A stretch of 64,000 nt of DNA from an uncultured Bacteroidota bacterium (GTDB lineage Bacteria > Bacteroidota > Bacteroidia > Chitinophagales > Chitinophagaceae): contig CAWHOR010000053.1 in assembly GCA_963830845.1 (NCBI GenBank), forward strand, positions 4,108 through 68,107, given 5' to 3'. The first letter of the stretch is position 1. Each line of letters begins with the position of its first letter. Positions 31,635 to 42,240 of the stretch are shown here, piece by piece. Made by a program: the position numbers and the translations under genes. Under the pieces are notes generated by a model. That model had not been told where the DNA came from. It saw only the letters and a list, made by a program, of their open reading frames with translations, and ran no database searches.

Positions 31635-33090
31635 ATGAAGTTTATGAAATTTAAAATAGTATCATTTTTGCTCATGGCAGCAGCTATTACAAGCTGTAAT
31701 AAAACCAAGCTGGACCCCATCCCTCAAACGGCATTGTCTGATGCTGTTGCTTTCAGTGACTCAGCCAGGTCTGTACAACAGGTTAACGGCTTATATTCTG
31801 CATTAAAAGCAGGTCAAATGTATGCAGGCCGCTACCAGGTTTACCAGGATGTGCGTGGTGAGGAATTCATCAACCGGACCAACAATGCTGTAACCGCATG
31901 GTTAACGTGGCAGTTCAACTTAACGGCAAGTGCGAACGAAGTACAAGGTTTTTGGTCGGCAGGTTATGCAGCAATCAATCGTTGTAATGTGGTTATTGAT
32001 GGTCTTACAAAATCTACAACCATCAGCGACGGCCTTAAAAGAAGCCTTATTGCCGAAGCCAAAGTGGTTCGTGCAACCTCTTATTTTATGTTGATGCAAT
32101 TGTATGCACGTCCGTATACTGATGGCAACGGTAGTAAGTTGGGTGTAATTTTAAAATTGATTACCAGAAACTTCAAGTGGCGAACAGAATCAGGAACGCA
32201 CAACCGGAGCTGAAATCTATACACAGATCATTAAAGATCTGAATGAAGCCGAACCAGATCTACCGTTAAGCCATCCCGGTAGCTTAAGTACCAACCGTGC
32301 ACATAGAAATACTGCGATTGCTTTAAAAACACGTGTGTATCTCAACATGGGCAACTGGGCCAGTGTAATTACAGAAGGAAATAAACTTGTACCAAATGCA
32401 GCACCATGGGTTGCACCTTCCGGAGTAGCAAACAGCTTACAGGCAAATGTTGCTACTGTTTATACAAATTACACCAACTCTGAAATGATCCTTTCGATGC
32501 CATTTACGGCATTGGATGTGCCAGGCACACAAAATGGATTGGGCTGGTACTATAATCCTGGACCCAACGGTGGCGGTGAGTTTGCGTTGAACTTAACTGC
32601 TCCGGGTATTGCAGCTGACGCAGGCTGGAGAACCGAAGATGCAAGAAGAGCCTTGACTGTAGTTTCAGGCGGACAAACCTGGTTGCGTAAATTTCCAAAT
32701 CCAAATAACGCAGCAGATCCAAGCCCTGTTATCCGCTATGCAGAAGTAATGTTGAATTTGGCAGAAGCCCTTGCAAGAAACGAAGCAGGAACAGGAGTTA
32801 ATGCAAGAGCATTAACGATTTTGAATGCGATCCGCAAACGCTCTGATCCAACCATCACTGATTTTGCTCCGGCAACAAAAGATGAGTTGGTTGCATTGAT
32901 CTTAACTGAAAGAAGGATCGAACTTCTTGGTGAAGGTTTCAGAACTTCTGATATTGCCCGCACGGGAGCTACATTCCCTGCAAAAGGTAATGTAGGTTCC
33001 GTTGCTCCTTCTGCTGATCAGTATATATGGCCGATTTCAATTGCTGAATTATTGGTGAATAAATCCTGTCAGCAAAATCCTGGTTATTAA
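31635..33090 (+). CDS. SusD/RagB-family lipoprotein (frameshift near 32160)
   Basis: Lipobox AITSC, AEAKVVRATSYF, IRYAEVMLNLAEA, ERRIELLGEGFR, QNPGY*. Confidence 0.88.
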
Positions 33091-33111
33091 TTCTGTAACA
33101 AAAACAGATAA

Positions 33112-33150
33112 AAACAAAAGCCCTCTCCAATTGGAGAGGGTTTTTGTTTT
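33112..33150. terminator. Bidirectional intrinsic terminator
   Basis: AAAACAAAAGCCCTCTCC-AATT-GGAGAGGGTTTTTGTTTT between convergent genes. Confidence 0.85.
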
Positions 33151-33166
33151 ATGTAAATCAACTATT

Positions 33167-34315
33167 TTACTGCAACACTTCCGCCAACTTACTTTCCAAC
33201 GCACTCCCTCTTAAATTATCTGCAATAATTTTTCCTGTTGGATCAAGTAATACATTGTAAGGAATTCCATTGAAGCCATATAAACCAACTGCTTCGCTGT
33301 CCCAGAATTTTAAATCACTGATCTGGTTCCAGGTTAATCCATCATCCTGAATTCCTTTTAACCAGGCTTCTTTTGTTTTATCTAACGACACACCAAGAAT
33401 CGTAAAATTTTTATTCTTGTACTTATTGTAGGCTACTACCAGATTAGGATTTTCTGCTCTGCAAGGCCCGCACCAGCTTGCCCAAAAGTCAACCAATACA
33501 TATTTTCCTTTTAAACTGCTTAATGAAAAATTTGTTCCGTTTACATCGGGCATTGTAATGTCCGGTGCCATTGTACCAATGGCCGGCGTGCCTTGTTTTG
33601 GTGGTGCTGCGTTTGCAGTGCTTTCACGAAACTGTTTTACGACTGCCTGAATACCGGTATGTTTTGGGAAACGCTTGACCAAACTGTTGAACATGGCTTC
33701 GTTTTCCGTTACATCTGTTCCGATGTTGATGGAAGTAGCAAACATACTCAGCATCGGACTCTTATCTTCCATTGCTGTTTTCTTTACGTATGTTTTGAAT
33801 GCCGTTACCATGTTGGTCATTTCAGTTTGTTTGATCATACTCAAACTATCCTGCACTCCATTCTGCAGTTCGTTCTGCATCATGTATAACTTCTGCTGTG
33901 TTGCTGAAAGTGAATCAACAAATACACGTAAGCGTTCGCTGGCCGGTGATCCCTTATAACTCAGCTTACGGATATCGCTCCAGTCGCCGGTGAGCGTGAT
34001 ATCAGATTTATCGTTGATCACAAAAAACAACGGACTGTTTTCGACTTGTGGAAATCGCAGTTGCAGTAATGATTCTTCGGCTGCTTTTCCTTTCAAGGTA
34101 AATTTTCCATTAGTTACTGTGATGCTATCGAGTACCTGCGGTGGCATGTTTTCAAAAGAGATCTGCTCCAGATAAACAACTGTTGCAGGCGCATTCTTCA
34201 CTTCACCGGTAACAGTAAAATTTTTACTGCCGTTAGATTGACAAGCTGCAGCCGATAAAGCAATCGCTGCAACGATCCATGTTTGTTTCATGTATATACT
34301 ACTTTTCATTTTCAT
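33167..34315 (-). CDS. TlpA/AhpC-TSA disulfide reductase lipoprotein with DUF4369
   Basis: Lipobox AAAC; VLVDFWASWCGPCR. Confidence 0.92.
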   Translation of the reverse strand: MKMKSSIYMKQTWIVAAIALSAAACQSNGSKNFTVTGEVKNAPATVVYLEQISFENMPPQVLDSITVTNGKFTLKGKAAEESLLQLRFPQVENSPLFFVINDKSDITLTGDWSDIRKLSYKGSPASERLRVFVDSLSATQQKLYMMQNELQNGVQDSLSMIKQTEMTNMVTAFKTYVKKTAMEDKSPMLSMFATSINIGTDVTENEAMFNSLVKRFPKHTGIQAVVKQFRESTANAAPPKQGTPAIGTMAPDITMPDVNGTNFSLSSLKGKYVLVDFWASWCGPCRAENPNLVVAYNKYKNKNFTILGVSLDKTKEAWLKGIQDDGLTWNQISDLKFWDSEAVGLYGFNGIPYNVLLDPTGKIIADNLRGSALESKLAEVLQ

Positions 34316-34318
34316 TAT

Positions 34319-35771
34319 TTAGTTCGCTAATTTTTCAATGACTAATTGATTCAGCAGTTTCGGGATCTGCTTTCCCTTTCGACTTCTTCATCACCTCTCC
34401 TACAAATAAACCGATCAATCCTTTCTTCCCTTTTTTATATTCAGTTACTTTCTCCGGCATATTGCTTAACACTTCTTCAATCAATTGTTGCAATGCATCT
34501 TCATTGCGTTCCTGTATCAGATTCAACTGTTGCGCCAACTCTAATGCAGATGCTTCTGTATGTACAAGCATTGCAGGAAATAATTTCTGTGCAGCCATTG
34601 TGTAACTCACTTTCCCACTTTCAACCAATTGAATAATGTCTGCCAATTGTTTCGGACGAAATGCAAGCTGACCAATTTCTTTCCCTTCATCATTCAATAC
34701 TGATTTCACAGGACCTAATAACCAGTTGGCTATTTGTTTGAACGAAGAAGTATGTGTAGCTGTTTCTTCAAAATAATCTGCTGTTTCTTTTTCTTCACTT
34801 AGCAAAGCGGCATCATATTCAGGCAATGCATATTGTTTACTAAAGCGTTGCTTTTTCTGTTCACCCAATTCCGGTAACGAAGCTTTTACATGGCTGATGA
34901 ATTCATCTGTAATAATAAAGGGTGGCAGATCCGGATCAGCCATGTAGCGATAATCATCCGCATCTTCTTTTGTACGAATGGCAAATGTTGTTTCTGTATC
35001 TGGGTTGAATCCTCTTGTTTGCTGAACAATCGGTTCACCTTTTTCTTTCATGTCAATCATCCGCATCACTTCATGATCGATTGCCTTTTTCAAAAAACGG
35101 ATCGAGTTAAGATTCTTGATCTCCACTTTTGTCCCAAGCTTTGGATCACCTTTCAAGCGGATAGAAATATTTGCATCGCAACGCAAACTTCCTTCTTCCA
35201 TATTTCCATCACACACATTTAATGTGCGAACAAGTTTACGCACTTCAGTTACATAAGCTGCGGCTTCATCGCCGGTATGCAAATCAGGTTCTGTTACAAT
35301 TTCAATCAAAGGAACACCTGCACGGTTATAATCAACAACCGAATACAGATCATGTTGATCGTGCATGCTCTTGCCTGCATCTTCTTCCATGTGTATACGG
35401 TTGAGTTGAATCATTCGCTCAACGTCGTTTGTTTTGATCTTTACAAATCCTCCTTTGCAAACAGGTGTGGTATGTTGCGACAGTTGATATCCTTTCGGCA
35501 GATCGGGATAGAAATAATGCTTACGGGCAAAATAATTCTTCTGTTCAATTTCACAGTTGCAGGCGAGGCCCATCCGCACAGCTAATTCGATTGCTTCTTT
35601 ATTCAACTTGGGCAATGTGCCGGGATGCGCCAATGTAACCGGACTAACATGCCTGTTTGGTTCGGCACCAAAACCTGCATTATCACCACAAAACAATTTG
35701 CTTTTGGTGAGCAATTGTGCATGTACTTCCAGCCCGATGACGGCTTCGTATTTATCTGAATAATTTGACAT
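34319..35771 (-). CDS. gatB: Asp/Glu-tRNA amidotransferase subunit B (extra base near 34362 alters the last codons)
   Basis: IGLEVHAQL, YFYPDLPKGYQ, HMEEDAGK, NRAGVPLIEIVTEPD, LRCDANIS. Confidence 0.95.
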
Positions 35772-35784
35772 AGTTGTAAAAAAG

Positions 35785-35840
35785 ACATTTCGACTTGCGC
35801 TCAATGTCTCTTAAAAGGCCCTTCGACTCCGCTCAGGGTT
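35785..35840. repeat. Two tandem REP-like hairpins (TTCGAC..GCTCA)
   Basis: ACATTTCGACTTGCGCTCAATGT and CCCTTCGACTCCGCTCAGGG share a loop and have different self-complementary stems. Confidence 0.6.
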
Positions 35841-35942
35841 GGCAAAAATACCCGTTTTACACCGAAGCATCTGTGCGTAAGCTCACAAAAAAATCCCCCG
35901 ATAAATCGAGGGATCGCATAAATCAGAATATTTATCGAAAAA

Positions 35943-36965
35943 TCAAAGGTCTGCTTTGTTCAGTTTCTTGGGAATTTTCACCTCAACAGTCACGGGTTTA
36001 CCACCACGTAATACTTTTACTGTCCAGAGGTTCTTCTCATTATTTCCACGTAAAGCGGCCCGTGCTTCCGCTACATTTTTCACTGCCTTGCCATCTACTT
36101 CTGTGATCACATCATCTTTTTGTAAGCCACTTTTTGCTGAGGGAGAATCTGCCTCTACTTCCAATACTTTCACGCCATTTCCTTCTTCAGTATCCTGAAT
36201 AGTAGCTCCGAATTTTGGGCGATTCTGATACATGAATACTTCGTTTTGTAAACCATGCAAACGTGGTTGCAGGTGTTCGAAGTTGAACTGCCCCTCTCCA
36301 AAATGCATATCGGGCATATTGAAGTTGAAGCTGCGCATACCTTCAGGACTTTTACTTTCGCCCAGTTTCGCTTTTACTTTTTTCTCTTTCCCATCACGTA
36401 AATAGGTAATATCAACTTCATCGTTTGGCTTTTTGCTGCGAATTTTTTCGCTGAGTGAACTGGGAGAAGTGATTTTCTGATCGCCTACTTTCGTAATGAT
36501 GTCGCCTTTTTGCAAACCGGCTTTTTCGGCAGCAGTTTCTTTTTGTACTTCTTCAACAAGCGCTCCTTTTTCATTTTCATCGGTAACAACGCCTAATAAC
36601 GGACCGCCTTTCCATTGAAAATTAAACTCTTTCATGAAGTCCTCGCTATTAAACTGCTTCCAGCCACCTGGCCCGCTGCGGTACATGCGGGGAGCGGTTA
36701 CCCGAATTTTTGGAGACCGAAACATAATTGCACTGTCGCCATCAAAGCGATGGATGATCACATCCTTATCGCCTTTTTCGATGGGCTTTCCGTTAATGGT
36801 TACTTTATCGCCTTCAATTACGATTGTGGTTTTTTCTTTTTTATCACCAGTTTTACGGATGATGATCTGCTCCTTTTTTTCTTTTTTATCCTGGGCCGAT
36901 GCAGTAAGAGCAAGCAACTGGGTAACGGCTACAAATGCGAAAACAAACACTGAAATACGTTTCAT
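35943..36965 (-). CDS. Secreted PDZ domain-containing protein (two PDZ)
   Basis: Signal peptide; AAEKAGLQKGDIITKV and SAKSGLQKDDVITEVDG. Confidence 0.88.
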   Translation of the reverse strand: MKRISVFVFAFVAVTQLLALTASAQDKKEKKEQIIIRKTGDKKEKTTIVIEGDKVTINGKPIEKGDKDVIIHRFDGDSAIMFRSPKIRVTAPRMYRSGPGGWKQFNSEDFMKEFNFQWKGGPLLGVVTDENEKGALVEEVQKETAAEKAGLQKGDIITKVGDQKITSPSSLSEKIRSKKPNDEVDITYLRDGKEKKVKAKLGESKSPEGMRSFNFNMPDMHFGEGQFNFEHLQPRLHGLQNEVFMYQNRPKFGATIQDTEEGNGVKVLEVEADSPSAKSGLQKDDVITEVDGKAVKNVAEARAALRGNNEKNLWTVKVLRGGKPVTVEVKIPKKLNKADL

Positions 36966-37068
36966 ATAAATAAGGTTTTTGTTATTGACAGGGCTAATGT
37001 ACGAACATTTTCTTATTTACGAATTATTTCGGAGATTTTTTGATTTTTTAACAATTTTGCCTGAAAAC

Positions 37069-37102
37069 AAAACCAGCGTAGCTGAGTAGCTACGCTGGTT
37101 TT
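37069..37102 (-). terminator. Intrinsic terminator after alaS
   Basis: AAAACCAGCGTAGCT-GAGT-AGCTACGCTGGTTTT. Confidence 0.8.
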
Positions 37103-37137
37103 GATGATGCATGAGACGCTCTTCGAGACGTAAGACA

Positions 37138-39972
37138 CTATAATAATCCTTTCACTTTTTCAATTACTTGTTGCAGGTTGCCGGCGTCTTGTCCACCGGC
37201 TGTTGCCAGTGTTTTTTGTCCGCCACCTCCGCCTTTGATGAGTGGTGCAATATGTTCTTTGATGATCTTACCGGCATCCAGATTTTTTGCAGCAGCAACT
37301 GTATCGCTGATACCAACAGCTACAAATGGTTTGCCGTCGATGTTGGCACAAAGCACGGCTACGTAATCGTTGAGATTTGTTTTGAGATCGAAACAGATCT
37401 TCTTCAATGCGTCTGCATTGCTTACTTCAATAATATCACCGATGAATGTAACTCCATTGATGATCTCATCTTTCTGCAAGAGTTCATTCCGCAATATAAC
37501 GAGTTGACGTGCTTCCAGCCGTTCCAGTTTCTTTTTCAGCTCACTATTTTCTGATTGCAGATTTTCGATTGACTTGCTTAGGTCTTTTGGATTTTTTAAT
37601 ATGCCACGAATTTCACGAATTGACACGAATTCATTATTTACAAATTGTTCTGCTGCAAAACCTGTAACAGCTTCCACACGACGAACACCTGCGGCAACAG
37701 CACCTTCTGATAGTATTTTAAACAAACCTAATTCACCAGTTGAACCTACATGTGTACCACCGCACAATTCAATGGAATAGTTTTCATCCATAATTACCAC
37801 ACGCACCACATCAGCATATTTTTCACCAAACAAAGCAGTAGCCCCAAATGCAATCGCCTCTTCTTTCGGCATCTCCTTTATGATAACGGGAATGTTTGCT
37901 CTGATCTTTTCATTGACCAATGTTTCCACTTTTGCAATTTCTTCATCCGTCATTTTTGCAAAATGCGAAAAATCAAAACGCAGGTATTCATCATTCACCA
38001 AACTTCCTTTCTGTGCTACATGAGTACCCAATACATTACGCAATGCTGCGTGCATTAAGTGGGTAGCAGAATGATGAGCTGCAATTTTTTGTCTTCGCTT
38101 TAAATCATATATGGCATCGACATTAGTGTTACCATTAATCCCTACTGGGAGTTTTTTAGTATAAAGTACTACAAGATTATTTTCTTTTTTAGTATCAAAT
38201 ACTTCTACAGAACCTAATTTCCCATCATCAAATAGTAAGTGTCCAGTATCACCAACCTGACCTCCACTTTCACCATAGAAATTATTTACTTCTAATACAA
38301 TCTGAAAAAACTCTTCATTTTTAGCTTTTACTTTTCTATACTTGGAAATTTTCGTTCGGCGGAGATTAGATTCTTTTTTAACCTTTCCATAATCGTCAGT
38401 TACTTCAACTCCAGTTATTGAATACCCTGAATCGTTTAATAAAACCCAGTCTTCTGTATCGATCATAGTAGCTGCACGACTACGTTCTTTTTGCAACTGC
38501 ATCAATTTACTATAACCTTCCTCGTCAACTTTTAACCCTAATTCATTTGCAATTAACTTCGTTAAATCAAGAGGGAATCCATAAGTATCGTAAAGTTCAA
38601 AAACCATATTACCGTTAAAGTAACAGTTGCTTTTGACTTCACTAATCTTACTATTAATCTCACTTTCAGTATTTCCCCATTTCAGCAACTCTTCATATAA
38701 TAATGGCGAGTTTTCCTTACTAATAATTTGTTTCCCTGCATAACTTATCGCAATCTGATCAGGCATATTAGGATTAGGCAGGCTAAAAATTATATCTCGA
38801 TTTTGCTTGCTAACAAATTCATTTATTCTTTGCAACCCCGAATCAATAGTCTTTAAAAACCCAAGTTCTTCCTCATGTATAACCTTGCCAACAAAATCCT
38901 GTTGTGCCAACAATTCCGGAAAAACCGAATCAAATTGCTTTGCAATTAGTGGGACAAGGTGAAATAACAATGGATGCCTAAAATCCAAATAAGAATAATA
39001 ATAACGCACCGCTCTTCTTAAAATGCGGCGGATAACATAACCTGCACCTGTATTGCTTGGCAACTGTCCATCAGCAATGGTGAAACAGATAGCACGGATA
39101 TGATCGGCCAGTACACGAAATGCAACACTTTCCTTATCATCACCGGCTGTATATTTTTTGCCAATAATCTTTTCAACAGCAGCAATAGTACCTGTAAAAA
39201 TATCTGTATCGTAATTGCTTTGCTTGTTCTGCAATACACGTGTTAAACGTTCAAAACCCATTCCTGTATCCACATGCTTTGCAGGCAACGGCTCCAATGA
39301 ACCATCTTTCAACCGATTGAATTGAATAAATACATTGTTCCATATTTCAATCACTTGCGGATGATCGTTATTCACCAATGTTTTCCCATCAACCAATTTG
39401 CGTTCTTCATCGGTTCTGCAATCAACATGTATTTCGGTACAAGGGCCGCATGGTCCCGTATCGCCCATCTCCCAAAAATTATCTTTCTTGTTGCCAAACA
39501 GAATTCTGTCTTCAGCAATCACCTTCTTCCACTCATTCCATGCCTCTTCATCTTTCGGAATATTCTCTTTCACATCGCCTTCAAACACGGTTACGTATAA
39601 ACGATCTTTCGGAATGCCATACACATCAGCCAACAGTTCCCAACTCCATGCAATGGCTTCTTTTTTAAAATAATCTCCAAAGCTCCAGTTGCCCAGCATT
39701 TCAAACATGGTGTGGTGATAAGTATCAACCCCCACTTCTTCCAGATCGTTATGCTTACCACTAACACGCAAACATTTTTGTGTATCGGCTACACGTGTAT
39801 GCTCCGGTTTTCGGTTGCCCAGGAAATAATCTTTGAACTGGTTCATACCTGCATTGGTGAACAATAAGGTAGGATCGTTCTTCACCACTATCGGTGCCGA
39901 GGGAACGATCTGGTGCTGTTTGGAAGCAAAGAAGTCTAAGTATTTCTGTCGTATTTCGGCTGCAGTCAACAT
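37138..39972 (-). CDS. alaS: Alanine--tRNA ligase
   Basis: LLFTNAGMNQFK, HHTMFEMLGNWSFGDYFK, DTGMGFER, HSATHLMH, ELCGGTH, GGGGQ. Confidence 0.97.
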   Translation of the reverse strand: MLTAAEIRQKYLDFFASKQHQIVPSAPIVVKNDPTLLFTNAGMNQFKDYFLGNRKPEHTRVADTQKCLRVSGKHNDLEEVGVDTYHHTMFEMLGNWSFGDYFKKEAIAWSWELLADVYGIPKDRLYVTVFEGDVKENIPKDEEAWNEWKKVIAEDRILFGNKKDNFWEMGDTGPCGPCTEIHVDCRTDEERKLVDGKTLVNNDHPQVIEIWNNVFIQFNRLKDGSLEPLPAKHVDTGMGFERLTRVLQNKQSNYDTDIFTGTIAAVEKIIGKKYTAGDDKESVAFRVLADHIRAICFTIADGQLPSNTGAGYVIRRILRRAVRYYYSYLDFRHPLLFHLVPLIAKQFDSVFPELLAQQDFVGKVIHEEELGFLKTIDSGLQRINEFVSKQNRDIIFSLPNPNMPDQIAISYAGKQIISKENSPLLYEELLKWGNTESEINSKISEVKSNCYFNGNMVFELYDTYGFPLDLTKLIANELGLKVDEEGYSKLMQLQKERSRAATMIDTEDWVLLNDSGYSITGVEVTDDYGKVKKESNLRRTKISKYRKVKAKNEEFFQIVLEVNNFYGESGGQVGDTGHLLFDDGKLGSVEVFDTKKENNLVVLYTKKLPVGINGNTNVDAIYDLKRRQKIAAHHSATHLMHAALRNVLGTHVAQKGSLVNDEYLRFDFSHFAKMTDEEIAKVETLVNEKIRANIPVIIKEMPKEEAIAFGATALFGEKYADVVRVVIMDENYSIELCGGTHVGSTGELGLFKILSEGAVAAGVRRVEAVTGFAAEQFVNNEFVSIREIRGILKNPKDLSKSIENLQSENSELKKKLERLEARQLVILRNELLQKDEIINGVTFIGDIIEVSNADALKKICFDLKTNLNDYVAVLCANIDGKPFVAVGISDTVAAAKNLDAGKIIKEHIAPLIKGGGGGQKTLATAGGQDAGNLQQVIEKVKGLL

Positions 39973-40083
39973 AATGATCCCTTGTTTGGATTGATTTTTG
40001 AGGAGTGATAACCCTATATTTGTAACACCCCTTTTTTATGGGTAGCAAAGGTAAGCCAAACCTATGACCACCTGATTGCTTAT

Positions 40084-41055
40084 ATGAAGAAAGTAAAGTA
40101 TTTCTATAATACCAATACGCTCCGGTACGAGAAACTGGTGACGCCTCTACGGGTAAAACTACTGCGTGTATTTAGTTTTGTGGCAGCAGTTGCTGTGGCC
40201 GGCTTCCTGTTCATGCAAATTTCCTATCGGTATTTCCCTTCGGCGAATGAGAAAAAACTCATTAATGAAAATAACCGGATCAAGGACAGTTACACTATTT
40301 TGAGCGAAGAGATCAAACGGATGAACCAGGAACTCCGTGAAATTGAAAAACGTGACAACCAGGTATACCGTTCCATTTTTGAAGCCAGTCCATTACCCGA
40401 TAGTGCACGTGCAAAGATGATGGAAAAGCAAGCTGAAGACCGGATGATCGCCAGATTAAGCGAAGATGAACTGAATACCTCCATCCTGCAACAGATCAAC
40501 ACGCTTCGCAACAGGATCTACGCACAAAACACTTCGTTTACAGCCATTGAGGGCATGGTAAAAAACAAAGAAGCCTTACTGGCAGCTACTCCTGCTATTC
40601 AACCCGTAAGTAATAAAGAATTATCAAGACTGGCTTCCGGCTTTGGGTATCGTATTGATCCGGTTTATAAAACCACCAAATTCCATGCAGGCCTTGATTT
40701 TGCTGCTCCTCAAGGCACACCTATTTATGCAACGGCTGATGGTTTGGTAACAGTAGCTGGCAATCTGGGTAACGGTTACGGCAATCATGTGGTCATCAAT
40801 CATGGCTATGGCTACGAAACACTGTACGGCCACATGGTACGTGTTAAAACAAGAAACGGCCAGCGCATTCGCCGTGGCGAAGTGATTGGATGGGTAGGCA
40901 GTACCGGAAAGAGTACAGGTCCGCATTTGCATTATGAAGTACACAAGAACGGACGGGATGTTGACCCGATCTATTTCTTTTATAATGATCTCACTCCCGA
41001 GCAGTTTGACCGTATGCTGAAGATTGCAGCAACGGGTAACCAGAGCTTTGATTAG
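40084..41055 (+). CDS. M23 family metallopeptidase
   Basis: FHAGLDF, YGHM, STGPHLHYEV. Confidence 0.92.
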   Translation: MKKVKYFYNTNTLRYEKLVTPLRVKLLRVFSFVAAVAVAGFLFMQISYRYFPSANEKKLINENNRIKDSYTILSEEIKRMNQELREIEKRDNQVYRSIFEASPLPDSARAKMMEKQAEDRMIARLSEDELNTSILQQINTLRNRIYAQNTSFTAIEGMVKNKEALLAATPAIQPVSNKELSRLASGFGYRIDPVYKTTKFHAGLDFAAPQGTPIYATADGLVTVAGNLGNGYGNHVVINHGYGYETLYGHMVRVKTRNGQRIRRGEVIGWVGSTGKSTGPHLHYEVHKNGRDVDPIYFFYNDLTPEQFDRMLKIAATGNQSFD

Positions 41056-41176
41056 TCTTAACGCAAGCCGATAGCCGGTAGTGGATAGTTGGTAGTGTTA
41101 AGCATTAACTATCGGCTAACAACTAATGACTACCGGCTTCTCCCTGATTCCTTATTTTTGCTGAAATATTTTACAA

Positions 41177-41668
41177 CTGGCAACACCTGCACAAATAGCA
41201 TTTGAGTTTGATGAACCACCTAAGTCGGCTCCACGACGTGGACGCAAACCTTTGAACAAACCTCCCAAGGCCAAACAAAAACGTGGACGCAAGAGTTTGA
41301 AGGATATGGGTGATGATGCTGAGTTTATTGAATTACCATCGGATGAAATACTGAAGAAGAAATTGTATTACAGTATTGGTGAAGTGTCCGATTTTTTTCA
41401 TCTCAACCCTTCTTCGATCCGCCACTGGGAGACAGAATTCAGTTTTCTGAAACCCCGTAAGAATAAAAAGGGCGATCGGTTCTATAATGCAACCGAAATA
41501 AAAAAGATCCATCTTATTTACTACCTGCTTCGAAATAAAAAATACAGCATTGAAGCTGCCAAAGATTATTTGAAGCAGCATACAAATGATTCAGAGGAAC
41601 GATTTGAATTAGTGAAGAGCTTACAACAGATCAAACAATTTCTGCTGGCACTCAAAGCTGATCTCTAA
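41177..41668 (+). CDS. MerR-family HTH regulator (start uncertain: CTG 41177 or TTG 41252)
   Basis: KLYYSIGEVS...SIRHWETEF...PRKNKKGDRFY. Confidence 0.85.
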   Translation: MATPAQIAFEFDEPPKSAPRRGRKPLNKPPKAKQKRGRKSLKDMGDDAEFIELPSDEILKKKLYYSIGEVSDFFHLNPSSIRHWETEFSFLKPRKNKKGDRFYNATEIKKIHLIYYLLRNKKYSIEAAKDYLKQHTNDSEERFELVKSLQQIKQFLLALKADL

Positions 41669-41697
41669 CATTAATTCGTGCATAGAAAACAAAACAT

Positions 41698-42210
41698 ATG
41701 AAATTATTAGTTATCGTATTTCTGTTATTATCATTCAACAGTTTTTCACAAGTACAATATGAAGTTTCAAAAGATCCGGAGAACGGATTGAAAACCTTGA
41801 AAGGGATTTTAAGTCGGGAGATATTACTGAACGATGCTGATTTTGCCTGGATGAAAAACGATATCAGCTGGTATAAACCAAATGCCGAGTGTGTGACCAA
41901 TCTTACTACAGTAAAAGATACCATTCAATTGCTGGTGTTTGTTGGAACCTGGTGCGAAGATTCACAAATTGTATTTCCGCAGTTATTGAAAATGCTCGAT
42001 CAGGTTGGGTTTGATATGAAACGTTTGACAGTAATTGGAATCGACCGTAAGAAAACAACATTGGGTTCGCTTACACAGGCATTGGGTGTAACCAAAGCGC
42101 CTACTATTATGGTGTTGAAAAGCGGTAAAGAAATTGGACGGGTAGAAGAGTTTGGCAAATACGGCATCTACGATAAGGAACTCGCCGAGGTATTGGTGAA
42201 GGCAAAATAA
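41698..42210 (+). CDS. Thioredoxin-family protein (WCxDS)
   Basis: Signal peptide; FVGTWCEDS; APTIMVLKSGKEIGR. Confidence 0.85.
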   Translation: MKLLVIVFLLLSFNSFSQVQYEVSKDPENGLKTLKGILSREILLNDADFAWMKNDISWYKPNAECVTNLTTVKDTIQLLVFVGTWCEDSQIVFPQLLKMLDQVGFDMKRLTVIGIDRKKTTLGSLTQALGVTKAPTIMVLKSGKEIGRVEEFGKYGIYDKELAEVLVKAK

Positions 42211-42240
42211 TTTTACTTTTCTTTCTTTGAAACAAAGCAA

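Noticed and set aside
38640-38820. Intein or intron in alaS
   Set aside because: Insert is short and in frame, with no C/S...HN splice motifs or endonuclease signature.
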